Under the pieces are notes generated by a model. It saw only the letters and a program-made list of their open reading frames with translations, ran no database searches and had not been told where the DNA came from. From IMG/VR virus record IMGVR_UViG_3300025828_000162, positions 1-26,251 of that record: a stretch of 26,251 nucleotides of DNA; one strand, 5' to 3'. Positions within the stretch are counted from its first letter, which is position 1, and every line of letters begins with the position of its first letter. Source of the stretch: a virus. Taxonomy: Duplodnaviria; Caudoviricetes. Below are positions 17,566-25,273 of this stretch, in pieces. The position numbers were made by a program, and so were the translations under genes.

Positions 17566-17784
17566 TTAAACTCCTTTACTAGGTTTTTCAATACATGTAA
17601 ATTTTGTTAATATTTCATATTTATTTATTTCTTCAATTGTATAATTATTTAATATCATTTGAGATTCTGAATATCCATTTTGTAAACAATCATTCCAATC
17701 TTTGTATTCTGTTGGTTTTAATATACCTGGACTGCATTGTTGAGCAATTGCAGAACAAATATACATAGTTAATATAAATTTCAT
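17566..17784 (-). CDS. 72-aa four-cysteine hypothetical protein
   Basis: MKFILxxxICSxxxxxC...DCxxxGY...KFxC pattern; tight packing. Confidence 0.8.
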   Translation of the reverse strand: MKFILTMYICSAIAQQCSPGILKPTEYKDWNDCLQNGYSESQMILNNYTIEEINKYEILTKFTCIEKPSKGV

Positions 17785-17785
17785 T

Positions 17786-18739
17786 TTATCCCCATAAATT
17801 TCCAGTCATAGAGCCCTTATTGTATTCAGTAGCTCTATTTTCAAAGAAATTTGTGTGTTCAACTCCATTTAGAACCCAATCTAGCCAACTTAAAGGATTG
17901 TCTTTAACTTTATAATTTGGTTTTAAAGATAATTGTAATAATCTTCTATCAGCAATATATCTTATATATTTTTTTACTTCTTCAGGTTTTAATCCACGAA
18001 TACCACCCATTTCAAAAGCTAAATCTATAAATTTATCTTCTAAATCCACCATATCCCGGGCAGTTTGATATAATTCAGCTTTAAATTTTTCAGTCCATAC
18101 TTGTGGGTTTTCTTTTATTAACTGATGAAATAATTTAATCATACTTTCGACATGATGAGTTTCATCTCTAATTGACCAAGTAACTATTTGACACATACCT
18201 TTCATTCTTCCAAATCTTTGAAAATTTAGAAGCATAACAAATGATGCAAATAATTGTAAACCTTCTCCAAATGCAGAAAAACAAGCAATATCTTTTATTA
18301 AACCTTCAACACCTTTGCCTTTTGGTTTAAATAAATATTCATGTTTATCTGCCATTTCTTTATATTCTTGAAATGCTTGAAAATTAGTTAATTGAGTTTC
18401 ACCAATAGTATCATTTAATAATGAATAACTATGAGCATGATTAGCTTCAGATGAAACAAAAGAGCCTAACATCATTCTAACTTCAGGTGCTTTAAATTGT
18501 GGAATATATCTGTCTAAATAAGCTTGAGCTATATCTACATCACCTTGAGTAAAAAATTTTAATATTTGACCTATTAAATTCTTTTCCTCTTGTGTTAATC
18601 TTTCGTTCCAATCTCTTACATCTTCATGTAAAGGAACCTCACTAGGAAGCCAATGCATCTTTTGCATAGTATCATATGCTTCAAACGCCCATTCATAATC
18701 GAAGGGCTTATAATAATTTCTAGTTTTAAATAAGCTCAT
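17786..18739 (-). CDS. nrdB: Ribonucleotide reductase class I beta subunit
   Basis: Metal ligands in FTQGD, EANH with radical Tyr (EANHAHSY), EGLQLF, DETHH; C-terminal FFENRATEY. Confidence 0.96.
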   Translation of the reverse strand: MSLFKTRNYYKPFDYEWAFEAYDTMQKMHWLPSEVPLHEDVRDWNERLTQEEKNLIGQILKFFTQGDVDIAQAYLDRYIPQFKAPEVRMMLGSFVSSEANHAHSYSLLNDTIGETQLTNFQAFQEYKEMADKHEYLFKPKGKGVEGLIKDIACFSAFGEGLQLFASFVMLLNFQRFGRMKGMCQIVTWSIRDETHHVESMIKLFHQLIKENPQVWTEKFKAELYQTARDMVDLEDKFIDLAFEMGGIRGLKPEEVKKYIRYIADRRLLQLSLKPNYKVKDNPLSWLDWVLNGVEHTNFFENRATEYNKGSMTGNLWG

Positions 18740-18868
18740 TTATTTCCTTTTTCTTTTTCTGATAACAACAAGTTTACCATTTTCTTCTTTTACTTCCATC
18801 CCAGCATCTTCAGTTTGTTTTTTTAATTGACGATACTTTTGAGTAATAGTTAATTTTTTTTTAATCAT
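18740..18868 (-). CDS. 42-aa basic microprotein MIKKKLTITQKYRQLKKQTEDAGMEVKEENGKLVVIRKRKRK
   Basis: Hand-translated; AGGA SD; stop abuts the nrdB ATG. Confidence 0.78.
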   Translation of the reverse strand: MIKKKLTITQKYRQLKKQTEDAGMEVKEENGKLVVIRKRKRK

Positions 18869-18876
18869 ATTTATTC

Positions 18877-18990
18877 CTATATACAATCACATATTGTGTT
18901 AATTATTGCCATAATAAATACATAGCCAATATATCCAAAAAGAATTATTGCTAATAATTTATCAGTCCAACTAAAAGTTTTTTTATCCAT
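18877..18990 (-). CDS. 37-aa single-pass membrane microprotein MDKKTFSWTDKLLAIILFGYIGYVFIMAIINTICDCI
   Basis: Hand-translated; TAATG overlap with the nrdA stop; about 19-residue hydrophobic stretch. Confidence 0.72.
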   Translation of the reverse strand: MDKKTFSWTDKLLAIILFGYIGYVFIMAIINTICDCI

Positions 18991-20744
18991 TATCCCTCAC
19001 AAGCTATACAATCTGATTCAGGTATTATTGTTCTTTCAACTTTTAAACTTACTAACTCAGCACGTTTAATTGCTTCAGATCTACAATAATATAATGTTTT
19101 TAATTTCTTCTTCCATGCTAACATGTGAATATCGTGTAATTCTTTTATATTTACATCAGCAGGAACAAACACATTTAATGATTGACCTTGACAAATATGT
19201 TCTTGTCTATCAGCCGCATGTTCAATGATCCATTGTTGATTAATTTCAATTGATGTTTTAAATACATCTTTTTCATAATCTGATAAATCTTTTAAATGTA
19301 AAACTGAACCACGATTAGCTAAAATAGAAGTCCAAGTTTTTTCATTATTTATACCTTTTTGCTCTAATAATTTTTCTAAATATTTATTTTTAACAAGAAA
19401 AGAACCTGACATTGTTTTTTGAACATATGCATTAGCTCTAAATGGCTCAATACTTGGAGAAGTTGTTCCACAAATAATTGAACTTGAAGCATTAGGAGCA
19501 ATGGCAAGTAAATGAGCATTTCTCATTCCAGTACCTTCCATATCCGGAGCTTCACCTCTTTTTATAGCTAATCTTTTTGATTCTTTTACTGCTTCATCTT
19601 TAATGTGTTTAAACATTAATTTATTTTTAGCTTTTGCCATAACAGATTCAAATGCAATATTATTTTTTTGTAAATAAGCATGAAAACCCATAGCACCAAG
19701 ACCAATAGATCTTTCTTGTGTTGCACTATATTTAGCTCTAAATACACTATCAGGAGCATTATCTATAAAGCTTTGTAATACATTATCTAAAAATCTAACA
19801 AGATCAGAAATAAATAATTTATCATCTTTCCATTCATCATATTTTTCTAAATTAACACTTGATAAACAACAAACAGCAGTTCGATCTTCATCGGTTGGTA
19901 ATGTAATTTCAGTACATAAATTTGAATGTTTAACTGACAATCCTAATTTCTTTTGTTGTTCAGGCAATGCATCATTAATATGATCAATGTAGCAAATATA
20001 TGGCTCACCAGTGGCTACTCTGTTTTCAAGTATTTTTTGCCACAAGTCTCTAGCTGAGACCTTTTTAACTATTTCTTTTGTATGTGGATCAATTAAATTC
20101 CAAGTATCATCATAAGTTGGTTCTTGAATACATTTTTCAATTAATTCCATAAAATCATTAGTAATGTTTATTCCATGATGTAAGTTTAAACATTTTCTAT
20201 GTATATCTCCACCTGATGGTTTTCTTATATCTAAAAATTCTAATATTTCTGGATGTGATATATCCATATATGCGGCATAACTACCTCTTCTAGTTTTACC
20301 TTGACTAAATGCCATAATTTCTGAATCTACAACTTTTAAAAAAGGAACAGATCCTGATGATTGAGATCCTCCAGATGTTTTAGTTCCATCAGATCTAATA
20401 TGACCCCAATATCCGCCAATTCCTCCACCAATAGATGTTAACCAAGCATTTTCAGTATAATGTCCAGTTAATCCCTCTCTACTATCTCCAACATAATTTA
20501 AAAAACAAGATATTGGCATACCTCGCTCTGTACCACCATTACTTAATACAGGAGTTGAATACATAAACCAAAGTTTTGATGCATACCCATAAATTCTTTC
20601 AGCCATTTCATCATTATCAGAAAAAGCCTTTGCTGCTCTTAAAAATGCCTCTTGTGGACTATTTTCTTCTGGTAATAAATACCTGTCTTTTAATGTTGTT
20701 TTACCAAAATCTGTGAGTAAATTATCTCTATCTTCTACTATCAT
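18990..20744 (-). CDS. nrdA: Ribonucleotide reductase class I alpha subunit (short, no N-terminal ATP-cone apparent)
   Basis: STPVLSN, PISCF, SNLCTEI, VCCLSS, APNASSS, TLYYCRS and C-terminal CIAC motifs. Confidence 0.96.
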   Translation of the reverse strand: MIVEDRDNLLTDFGKTTLKDRYLLPEENSPQEAFLRAAKAFSDNDEMAERIYGYASKLWFMYSTPVLSNGGTERGMPISCFLNYVGDSREGLTGHYTENAWLTSIGGGIGGYWGHIRSDGTKTSGGSQSSGSVPFLKVVDSEIMAFSQGKTRRGSYAAYMDISHPEILEFLDIRKPSGGDIHRKCLNLHHGINITNDFMELIEKCIQEPTYDDTWNLIDPHTKEIVKKVSARDLWQKILENRVATGEPYICYIDHINDALPEQQKKLGLSVKHSNLCTEITLPTDEDRTAVCCLSSVNLEKYDEWKDDKLFISDLVRFLDNVLQSFIDNAPDSVFRAKYSATQERSIGLGAMGFHAYLQKNNIAFESVMAKAKNKLMFKHIKDEAVKESKRLAIKRGEAPDMEGTGMRNAHLLAIAPNASSSIICGTTSPSIEPFRANAYVQKTMSGSFLVKNKYLEKLLEQKGINNEKTWTSILANRGSVLHLKDLSDYEKDVFKTSIEINQQWIIEHAADRQEHICQGQSLNVFVPADVNIKELHDIHMLAWKKKLKTLYYCRSEAIKRAELVSLKVERTIIPESDCIACEG

Positions 20745-20759
20745 ATATTCATTTTCCTT

Positions 20760-20843
20760 TTATAAAACTGTATAAGCTTCTACAGCAAGTACAGTTATCG
20801 ACATTAAGTATATTGCTAAACTTGTGTACAATATATATTTCAT
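20760..20843 (-). CDS. 27-aa hydrophobic microprotein MKNILYTSLAIYLMSITVLAVEAYTVL
   Basis: Hand-translated; ATGA overlap with upstream ORF; stop merges into the nrdA SD. Confidence 0.6.
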   Translation of the reverse strand: MKYILYTSLAIYLMSITVLAVEAYTVL

Positions 20844-20947
20844 TTCTTTAAATATTTATTTCTTATTTTAATTGCTAAAGAAAATTTACCCTTTTCTCTG
20901 CATTTTATTATTGTTGATTTAACTTTAAATAAAAGTTCTGTTTTCAT
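20840..20947 (-). CDS. 35-aa basic microprotein MKTELLFKVKSTIIKCREKGKFSLAIKIRNKYLKK
   Basis: Hand-translated; ATGA overlaps at both ends. Confidence 0.62.
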   Translation of the reverse strand: MKTELLFKVKSTIIKCREKGKFSLAIKIRNKYLKK

Positions 20948-21132
20948 TTTGATGTTAATCTATCTATGTGATTGTAAATTCTTCCAATTTGTTTATCAAC
21001 CGACATTATTTCTTCACTTAACATTCCTAAGTGAACTTGTAATTCTACTATTGTCATTAATACATAAGTTGACAACCCTAAAAGTATTGTTCCCAATAAA
21101 GCTATTAAAGCTGTATTATGCTGACGTTTCAT
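20944..21132 (-). CDS. 62-aa membrane-anchored coiled-coil protein (probable start MKRQHN)
   Basis: TAATG overlap at 21132; TM segment ALIALLGTILLGLSTYVLMTIV followed by a heptad pattern. Confidence 0.7.
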   Translation of the reverse strand: MKRQHNTALIALLGTILLGLSTYVLMTIVELQVHLGMLSEEIMSVDKQIGRIYNHIDRLTSK

Positions 21133-21356
21133 TATCTTCGTTGCCTTCTTCTTTTGCAAGAAGGACATTTATTCTTTTTAACTTGGTTTAATTTTTTAGT
21201 CCATAATACTCTAAAAAATGGTTGAACAACACCAACGGCTATTGCCCCAACTATTATAGCAAATACGGATTGTGTAGTTATGCCTGCTGTTATTCCAAAT
21301 AAACTAGCAGTCACTACAGTATCATTATTAATCATTGTGCATTTGAATCCTTTCAT
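21132..21356 (-). CDS. Small membrane protein, holin candidate
   Basis: One or two hydrophobic segments and a very basic C-terminus with CPSC (KCPSCKRRRQRR); start may instead be ATG 21335. Confidence 0.6.
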   Translation of the reverse strand: MKGFKCTMINNDTVVTASLFGITAGITTQSVFAIIVGAIAVGVVQPFFRVLWTKKLNQVKKNKCPSCKRRRQRR

Positions 21357-21439
21357 AACCCATTAAAATGCCCTCCTTGCCATAAAGCAAGAAGGAGCAT
21401 TAAAATTAAGATTAATGAATTAAAGTGACGCCATTTCAT
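21353..21439 (-). CDS. 28-aa membrane microprotein MKWRHFNSLILILMLLLALWQGGHFNGL
   Basis: Hand-translated; AAGGGGG SD just after the portal stop; ATGA overlap with the next ORF. Confidence 0.65.
   Translation of the reverse strand: MKWRHFNSLILILMLLLALWQGGHFNGL
21364..21400 (-). terminator. Terminator-like hairpin downstream of portal, inside the 28-aa ORF
   Basis: ATGCTCCTTCTTGC-TTTATG-GCAAGGAGGGCAT-TTTA: 13 bp with one G-U pair and one bulge, short U-tract. Confidence 0.45.
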
Positions 21440-21454
21440 AGCATCCCCCTTTCA

Positions 21455-23053
21455 TTAATTCTCGGTATTAGTATTACCTTGAATAACGTTTATTTCTTGT
21501 TCATATTGTTCTCTTGGAGAAATAATACGATTATCTTGAGATATTTCATCACTTCCAGTAGTATCATCATAATCTGTAGGAATTGCATCATTATTTTTAG
21601 CAACTTCTAAGAATGTTGATCTTGGAATTAATCCATTTTGATACCATTCAGTAATTAATCTCATCCAATCACTTCCTCTTGGAGAAGCATTGAAGTCAGA
21701 TGATAAATTAAATCGAATATCTTGTTCAGTTATATTAACATCATATCTCCAATTTACAAGATGTTTGATAATTTTTTTCATGCTTTCTGATATTTTAGCA
21801 TTTAAACTGGCAAGTGCCGCATTTTGTGCAGCATTTCTTAAGCTTAAGGCAACACCGGATTGATCGGAATTATTGGGCTCTAAACTTAACATTTTAACAC
21901 CAATTCTCGTTAATTCATCATATCCACCTTTAATAGCTTCTTCCATATCTTTTAAAGCATTGGTTGGTGTTTGTAATGTTTCAACAGTATCATCTTTATT
22001 AACAAATAACCAAGTACCTAAACCTTGCTTAACAAGATCAGATTTTTCAGCTTCTGTTAATGAATCAGATTTAACAACTGGAGTATAAGTTGCACTTAAA
22101 TATAATAAATGGTTTCTTCTTGAAATTTTATTATATAAAGCAATTTCTCTGTTTACAATGGCAGTCATTAAAGGGTCAACTGTATCAATTGAACCATTTA
22201 AAGGAAAGAACGGTATATAATCCATTCTTTTGCCATTTTGAAATAAATTTGTATTTGTTTCTTTTAAAATCCAATCATCTGTTAATTGATCAAATGAATA
22301 ATCAACTCCACCATCAATAAATGTAGGTGTATCAGATGTATTTCTATAATATGTGTCAATTACATATAAACCATTTTCATCTAATTTGTGAACTTGTACA
22401 GTATCAACATATTTTGGATGAAATGGGCTATTTGGATCATCTTCAAGTACAAAATATCTAGTAATTAAATTAGATAGTTTCATTTGACCTTTATAATCAG
22501 TAGCAACAGACCAATTTACAACATTTTCAGCGTGGTGTAATATTGGATAAGGTTTTACCTCTTTTCTTTCAGCTGGTGTTAAATTTTCTAAATCTACAAC
22601 AGGAAAGTCTATTTGAATAAAGGCTCTTGATGTTTGTAATTCTTCCCATAAAGCAGTGCTTAAAAATGATATCAGGTTACTTTTGTCAGATCCTATATCA
22701 TCTAATATCCATTGCTTAGCTCCTTCTGGAGCCCCGTTAATTTCTAGCATTGGTTGTTTACGTAATAAACCACCTATTATCATTTTACAAAATTCACTAG
22801 ATACACCCGGTACCTCAGCTTCAGCTTTGTAAAAATCATATTGCTCTTGTGTCATTGTAGGGTTAAACGGAAGTAATAAGTTGTCACTTGAAGGCACAGA
22901 ATCATAATCCTTAGTATAAGACGGACCTTGGATAATTGCTCTGTTTCGTTTCCATTCGTTTATTTGACTCAGGTATTCATCATTTGGATATCCTGGGCCT
23001 TTGGCAGTTTCTGTAGATTTAACTATAGAACTGTTTTTATATCTAATTGCCAT
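21455..23053 (-). CDS. Portal protein (DUF4055-like siphovirus portal)
   Basis: 532 aa after terL; YDFYKAEA, PYPILHHAENVVNW, YIPFFP and GLIPRSTFLE motifs. Confidence 0.9.
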   Translation of the reverse strand: MAIRYKNSSIVKSTETAKGPGYPNDEYLSQINEWKRNRAIIQGPSYTKDYDSVPSSDNLLLPFNPTMTQEQYDFYKAEAEVPGVSSEFCKMIIGGLLRKQPMLEINGAPEGAKQWILDDIGSDKSNLISFLSTALWEELQTSRAFIQIDFPVVDLENLTPAERKEVKPYPILHHAENVVNWSVATDYKGQMKLSNLITRYFVLEDDPNSPFHPKYVDTVQVHKLDENGLYVIDTYYRNTSDTPTFIDGGVDYSFDQLTDDWILKETNTNLFQNGKRMDYIPFFPLNGSIDTVDPLMTAIVNREIALYNKISRRNHLLYLSATYTPVVKSDSLTEAEKSDLVKQGLGTWLFVNKDDTVETLQTPTNALKDMEEAIKGGYDELTRIGVKMLSLEPNNSDQSGVALSLRNAAQNAALASLNAKISESMKKIIKHLVNWRYDVNITEQDIRFNLSSDFNASPRGSDWMRLITEWYQNGLIPRSTFLEVAKNNDAIPTDYDDTTGSDEISQDNRIISPREQYEQEINVIQGNTNTEN

Positions 23054-23483
23054 ATTGTGTTATTCCTAAACATTAAGATGAACCAAAACATTTGGCTCGG
23101 TTATTAAAATAATTTTTGATTTGGCCGATCCAAGATCAAAAGAAATTGGTGTTCGTCAAAGTGCGATTGGCCACCCTAGCCCGACGCCAAAGAGGAATCT
23201 AGTCCCCCTCACGCCCAGCAGCCCATTAACGCCCCGAGCCTAGTAGGGCAGTCAGTCAGTTCTATTTGAATTGAAAGCGCTCTAATCGTACAACCACGCC
23301 TGCCTTGCTAAATATAGTATTTGCTGGGCTCTAGGCTGTAAAATTGAAAAAGCTCGGACCGAATGATTGGCTTTCGGACCACAAAAATTTAAATAAGCTT
23401 TATACACCAATGGTTAAGTGCCATTTGATTATTGGCTAACATTGATTAACTTTATTATAAACTATTGATTATTTAGTTACGAA
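23054..23483. other. 430-bp non-coding GC-rich structured element (ncRNA or cis DNA signal)
   Basis: No ORF in the track; 23161-23250 is 57/90 G+C; several long-range complementary segments, G-tracts and short direct repeats. Confidence 0.7.
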
Positions 23484-24767
23484 CTAAAATGACCACGACC
23501 TATCACGGATAGCTTGCGGTTTATGTTTACCTATTGGATATAAATATTCACATATATATCTTACACCATCAGAAAAGTGTTCAACACCTTTTGACTTGTC
23601 GATAATAGCATTATCCATTCCAGTAGTAAAACCTTCTTTCCAAGTTGTTGTCTCAACCGAGGCAATTGTTCTTGGAGTCTTGTCTTTATTAAAATATAAT
23701 CTTGTATTACCTTTAGCATCTTTTAACAATGCATTAACAGCATTAACACTATCAACCAATGGTGGTTGTTTAGATCTTGCTAATACTTTAAACCCTGCAT
23801 TCCTTAATATACTAAAATCTGTTGTACCTGTAGCAGCACTGGTTTTCATTGCTCTACCGGAAGCATCAGGATAACATATTATATCTCTATTTTTATATCG
23901 ACCTTTTATAGATCTAATTAATTGATGAGTATCAGCATTGCCATAAAACTCATCCATTGCATGTAATTGGTTACCTCGATGGCACCATACAGTTGAAGCC
24001 ATTATTTTGACGTTAAAGTCAATGCTTATATGTATTGGCTCACCTTCTTCAATTGGCAATAAATTATTTGTTACATGTATATTTCGATTAAAATTATAAA
24101 ATACAGCATCACCAGTGTTATTAAAGGTGGCGCAATATTCTTGATTAAAACTTTTTTCATCCATTGTAACCCGAGCAAGTTCAATTTCTTCTTTCATATC
24201 TGGTCTAACATTTTCAGCAGTAAACTGCCAAGACTTCCATAAACCTGTTTTATCTTCTTGACCTTTAACCCATAACTTATAAAAGTCATTGGTTATACCT
24301 TTTGGTGTACTTATTACAAATACACTTGCTCTTCGTTGTGGATCTGAAGTCATAGGTAATATAACTTCTGTAAATGCATTTTGTTTAATAAAGGCAAATT
24401 CATCTAACACAATAAATGTAGGTGATGGTGAAATACCCCTTAAACTGTCTGGCCTATCAAACCCTTTTAGGGTAATCTTGGATCCATTAATAAATCTTAT
24501 TTCCAAATCTATTTCTCTTGGATAACCATTTATATGATCTGGGTGAACAAGACTTTTTAATGTTGTCCAAATAGATTCTCTGATCATCGAAACAGTAGGT
24601 CCGATAATTAAAGCTCTTCTACCTGGTTCTTCTAAACAATGGTTATATGCAGCAACGGCTGCCAAATATGATTTACCAACTCTTCGTCCAGATGCCATTA
24701 CTTTAAACCTAGCAGGATTTGTTAAAACTTCCTGTTGAAAGTCGAAAAGTTCTATTTTATGATTCAT
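23484..24767 (-). CDS. terL: Terminase large subunit
   Basis: Walker A SGRRVGKS, Walker B FIVLDE, motif III ISTP, nuclease SIDFN / YPDASG / HFSDGVRY. Confidence 0.96.
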   Translation of the reverse strand: MNHKIELFDFQQEVLTNPARFKVMASGRRVGKSYLAAVAAYNHCLEEPGRRALIIGPTVSMIRESIWTTLKSLVHPDHINGYPREIDLEIRFINGSKITLKGFDRPDSLRGISPSPTFIVLDEFAFIKQNAFTEVILPMTSDPQRRASVFVISTPKGITNDFYKLWVKGQEDKTGLWKSWQFTAENVRPDMKEEIELARVTMDEKSFNQEYCATFNNTGDAVFYNFNRNIHVTNNLLPIEEGEPIHISIDFNVKIMASTVWCHRGNQLHAMDEFYGNADTHQLIRSIKGRYKNRDIICYPDASGRAMKTSAATGTTDFSILRNAGFKVLARSKQPPLVDSVNAVNALLKDAKGNTRLYFNKDKTPRTIASVETTTWKEGFTTGMDNAIIDKSKGVEHFSDGVRYICEYLYPIGKHKPQAIRDRSWSF

Positions 24768-24817
24768 ATTTATTTACTATATTTAGAATATATATCCAAA
24801 GATTTGTTGAAATGCTT

Positions 24818-25273
24818 TCAGCTAGCCTCGTCTAAAACTATTTGTTTTAATCTTTCGGCTCTTGGGCCAACTTGTGTTGCCCATCGGCTATCCATCATTT
24901 CAATAGCGGCTTCAATCCATTGTTCATCATTTATTGCATCAATAAACTTTTTAAATTTAGATAGTCTTGGTGCACCTAAATTAAAACACATATTAACAAG
25001 AACCACCTGGATATTATCAGGCTTATTAATTAAGTCTGGAAATACCTTTTGTGTTTCTCTAATAAATTTTTGAACATCAGTTTTAAATACTTCATTTACT
25101 CTTTCTTCAGATACTTTTGTACCAACAGGCCAACCATATTCTGGATCCTTATCAGTAATTAAATGACCTATACCAAAAGTGGCATAACCCAAATGATCTT
25201 CATAAATTTCGTATTTAACACCTTCATCAATTTTTAATTGGTCTTTTAATTTTTCTATAAGATTGTTATTCAT
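24818..25273 (-). CDS. T4-lysozyme-like endolysin (GH24; probable start MNNNLIEK)
   Basis: Catalytic E-x8-D-x5-T (DEGVKYEIYEDHLGYATFGIGHL), VNMCFNLG and MMDSRWATQVGPRA. Confidence 0.92.
   Translation of the reverse strand: MNNNLIEKLKDQLKIDEGVKYEIYEDHLGYATFGIGHLITDKDPEYGWPVGTKVSEERVNEVFKTDVQKFIRETQKVFPDLINKPDNIQVVLVNMCFNLGAPRLSKFKKFIDAINDEQWIEAAIEMMDSRWATQVGPRAERLKQIVLDEAS

Noticed and set aside
20741-20752. Three-codon minigene ATG AAT ATA TGA overlapping the nrdA start
   Set aside because: The SD is too close to this ATG and fits the nrdA ATG better.
23190-23210. GGAATCTAGTCC as a group I intron S element, or the gap as tRNA/tmRNA
   Set aside because: No matching P7 partner, terL and portal are both intact, and I found no cloverleaf or tmRNA ends.
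17786-24767. Inteins or introns in nrdA, nrdB or terL
   Set aside because: Proteins are of minimal length with contiguous motifs and no insertions.
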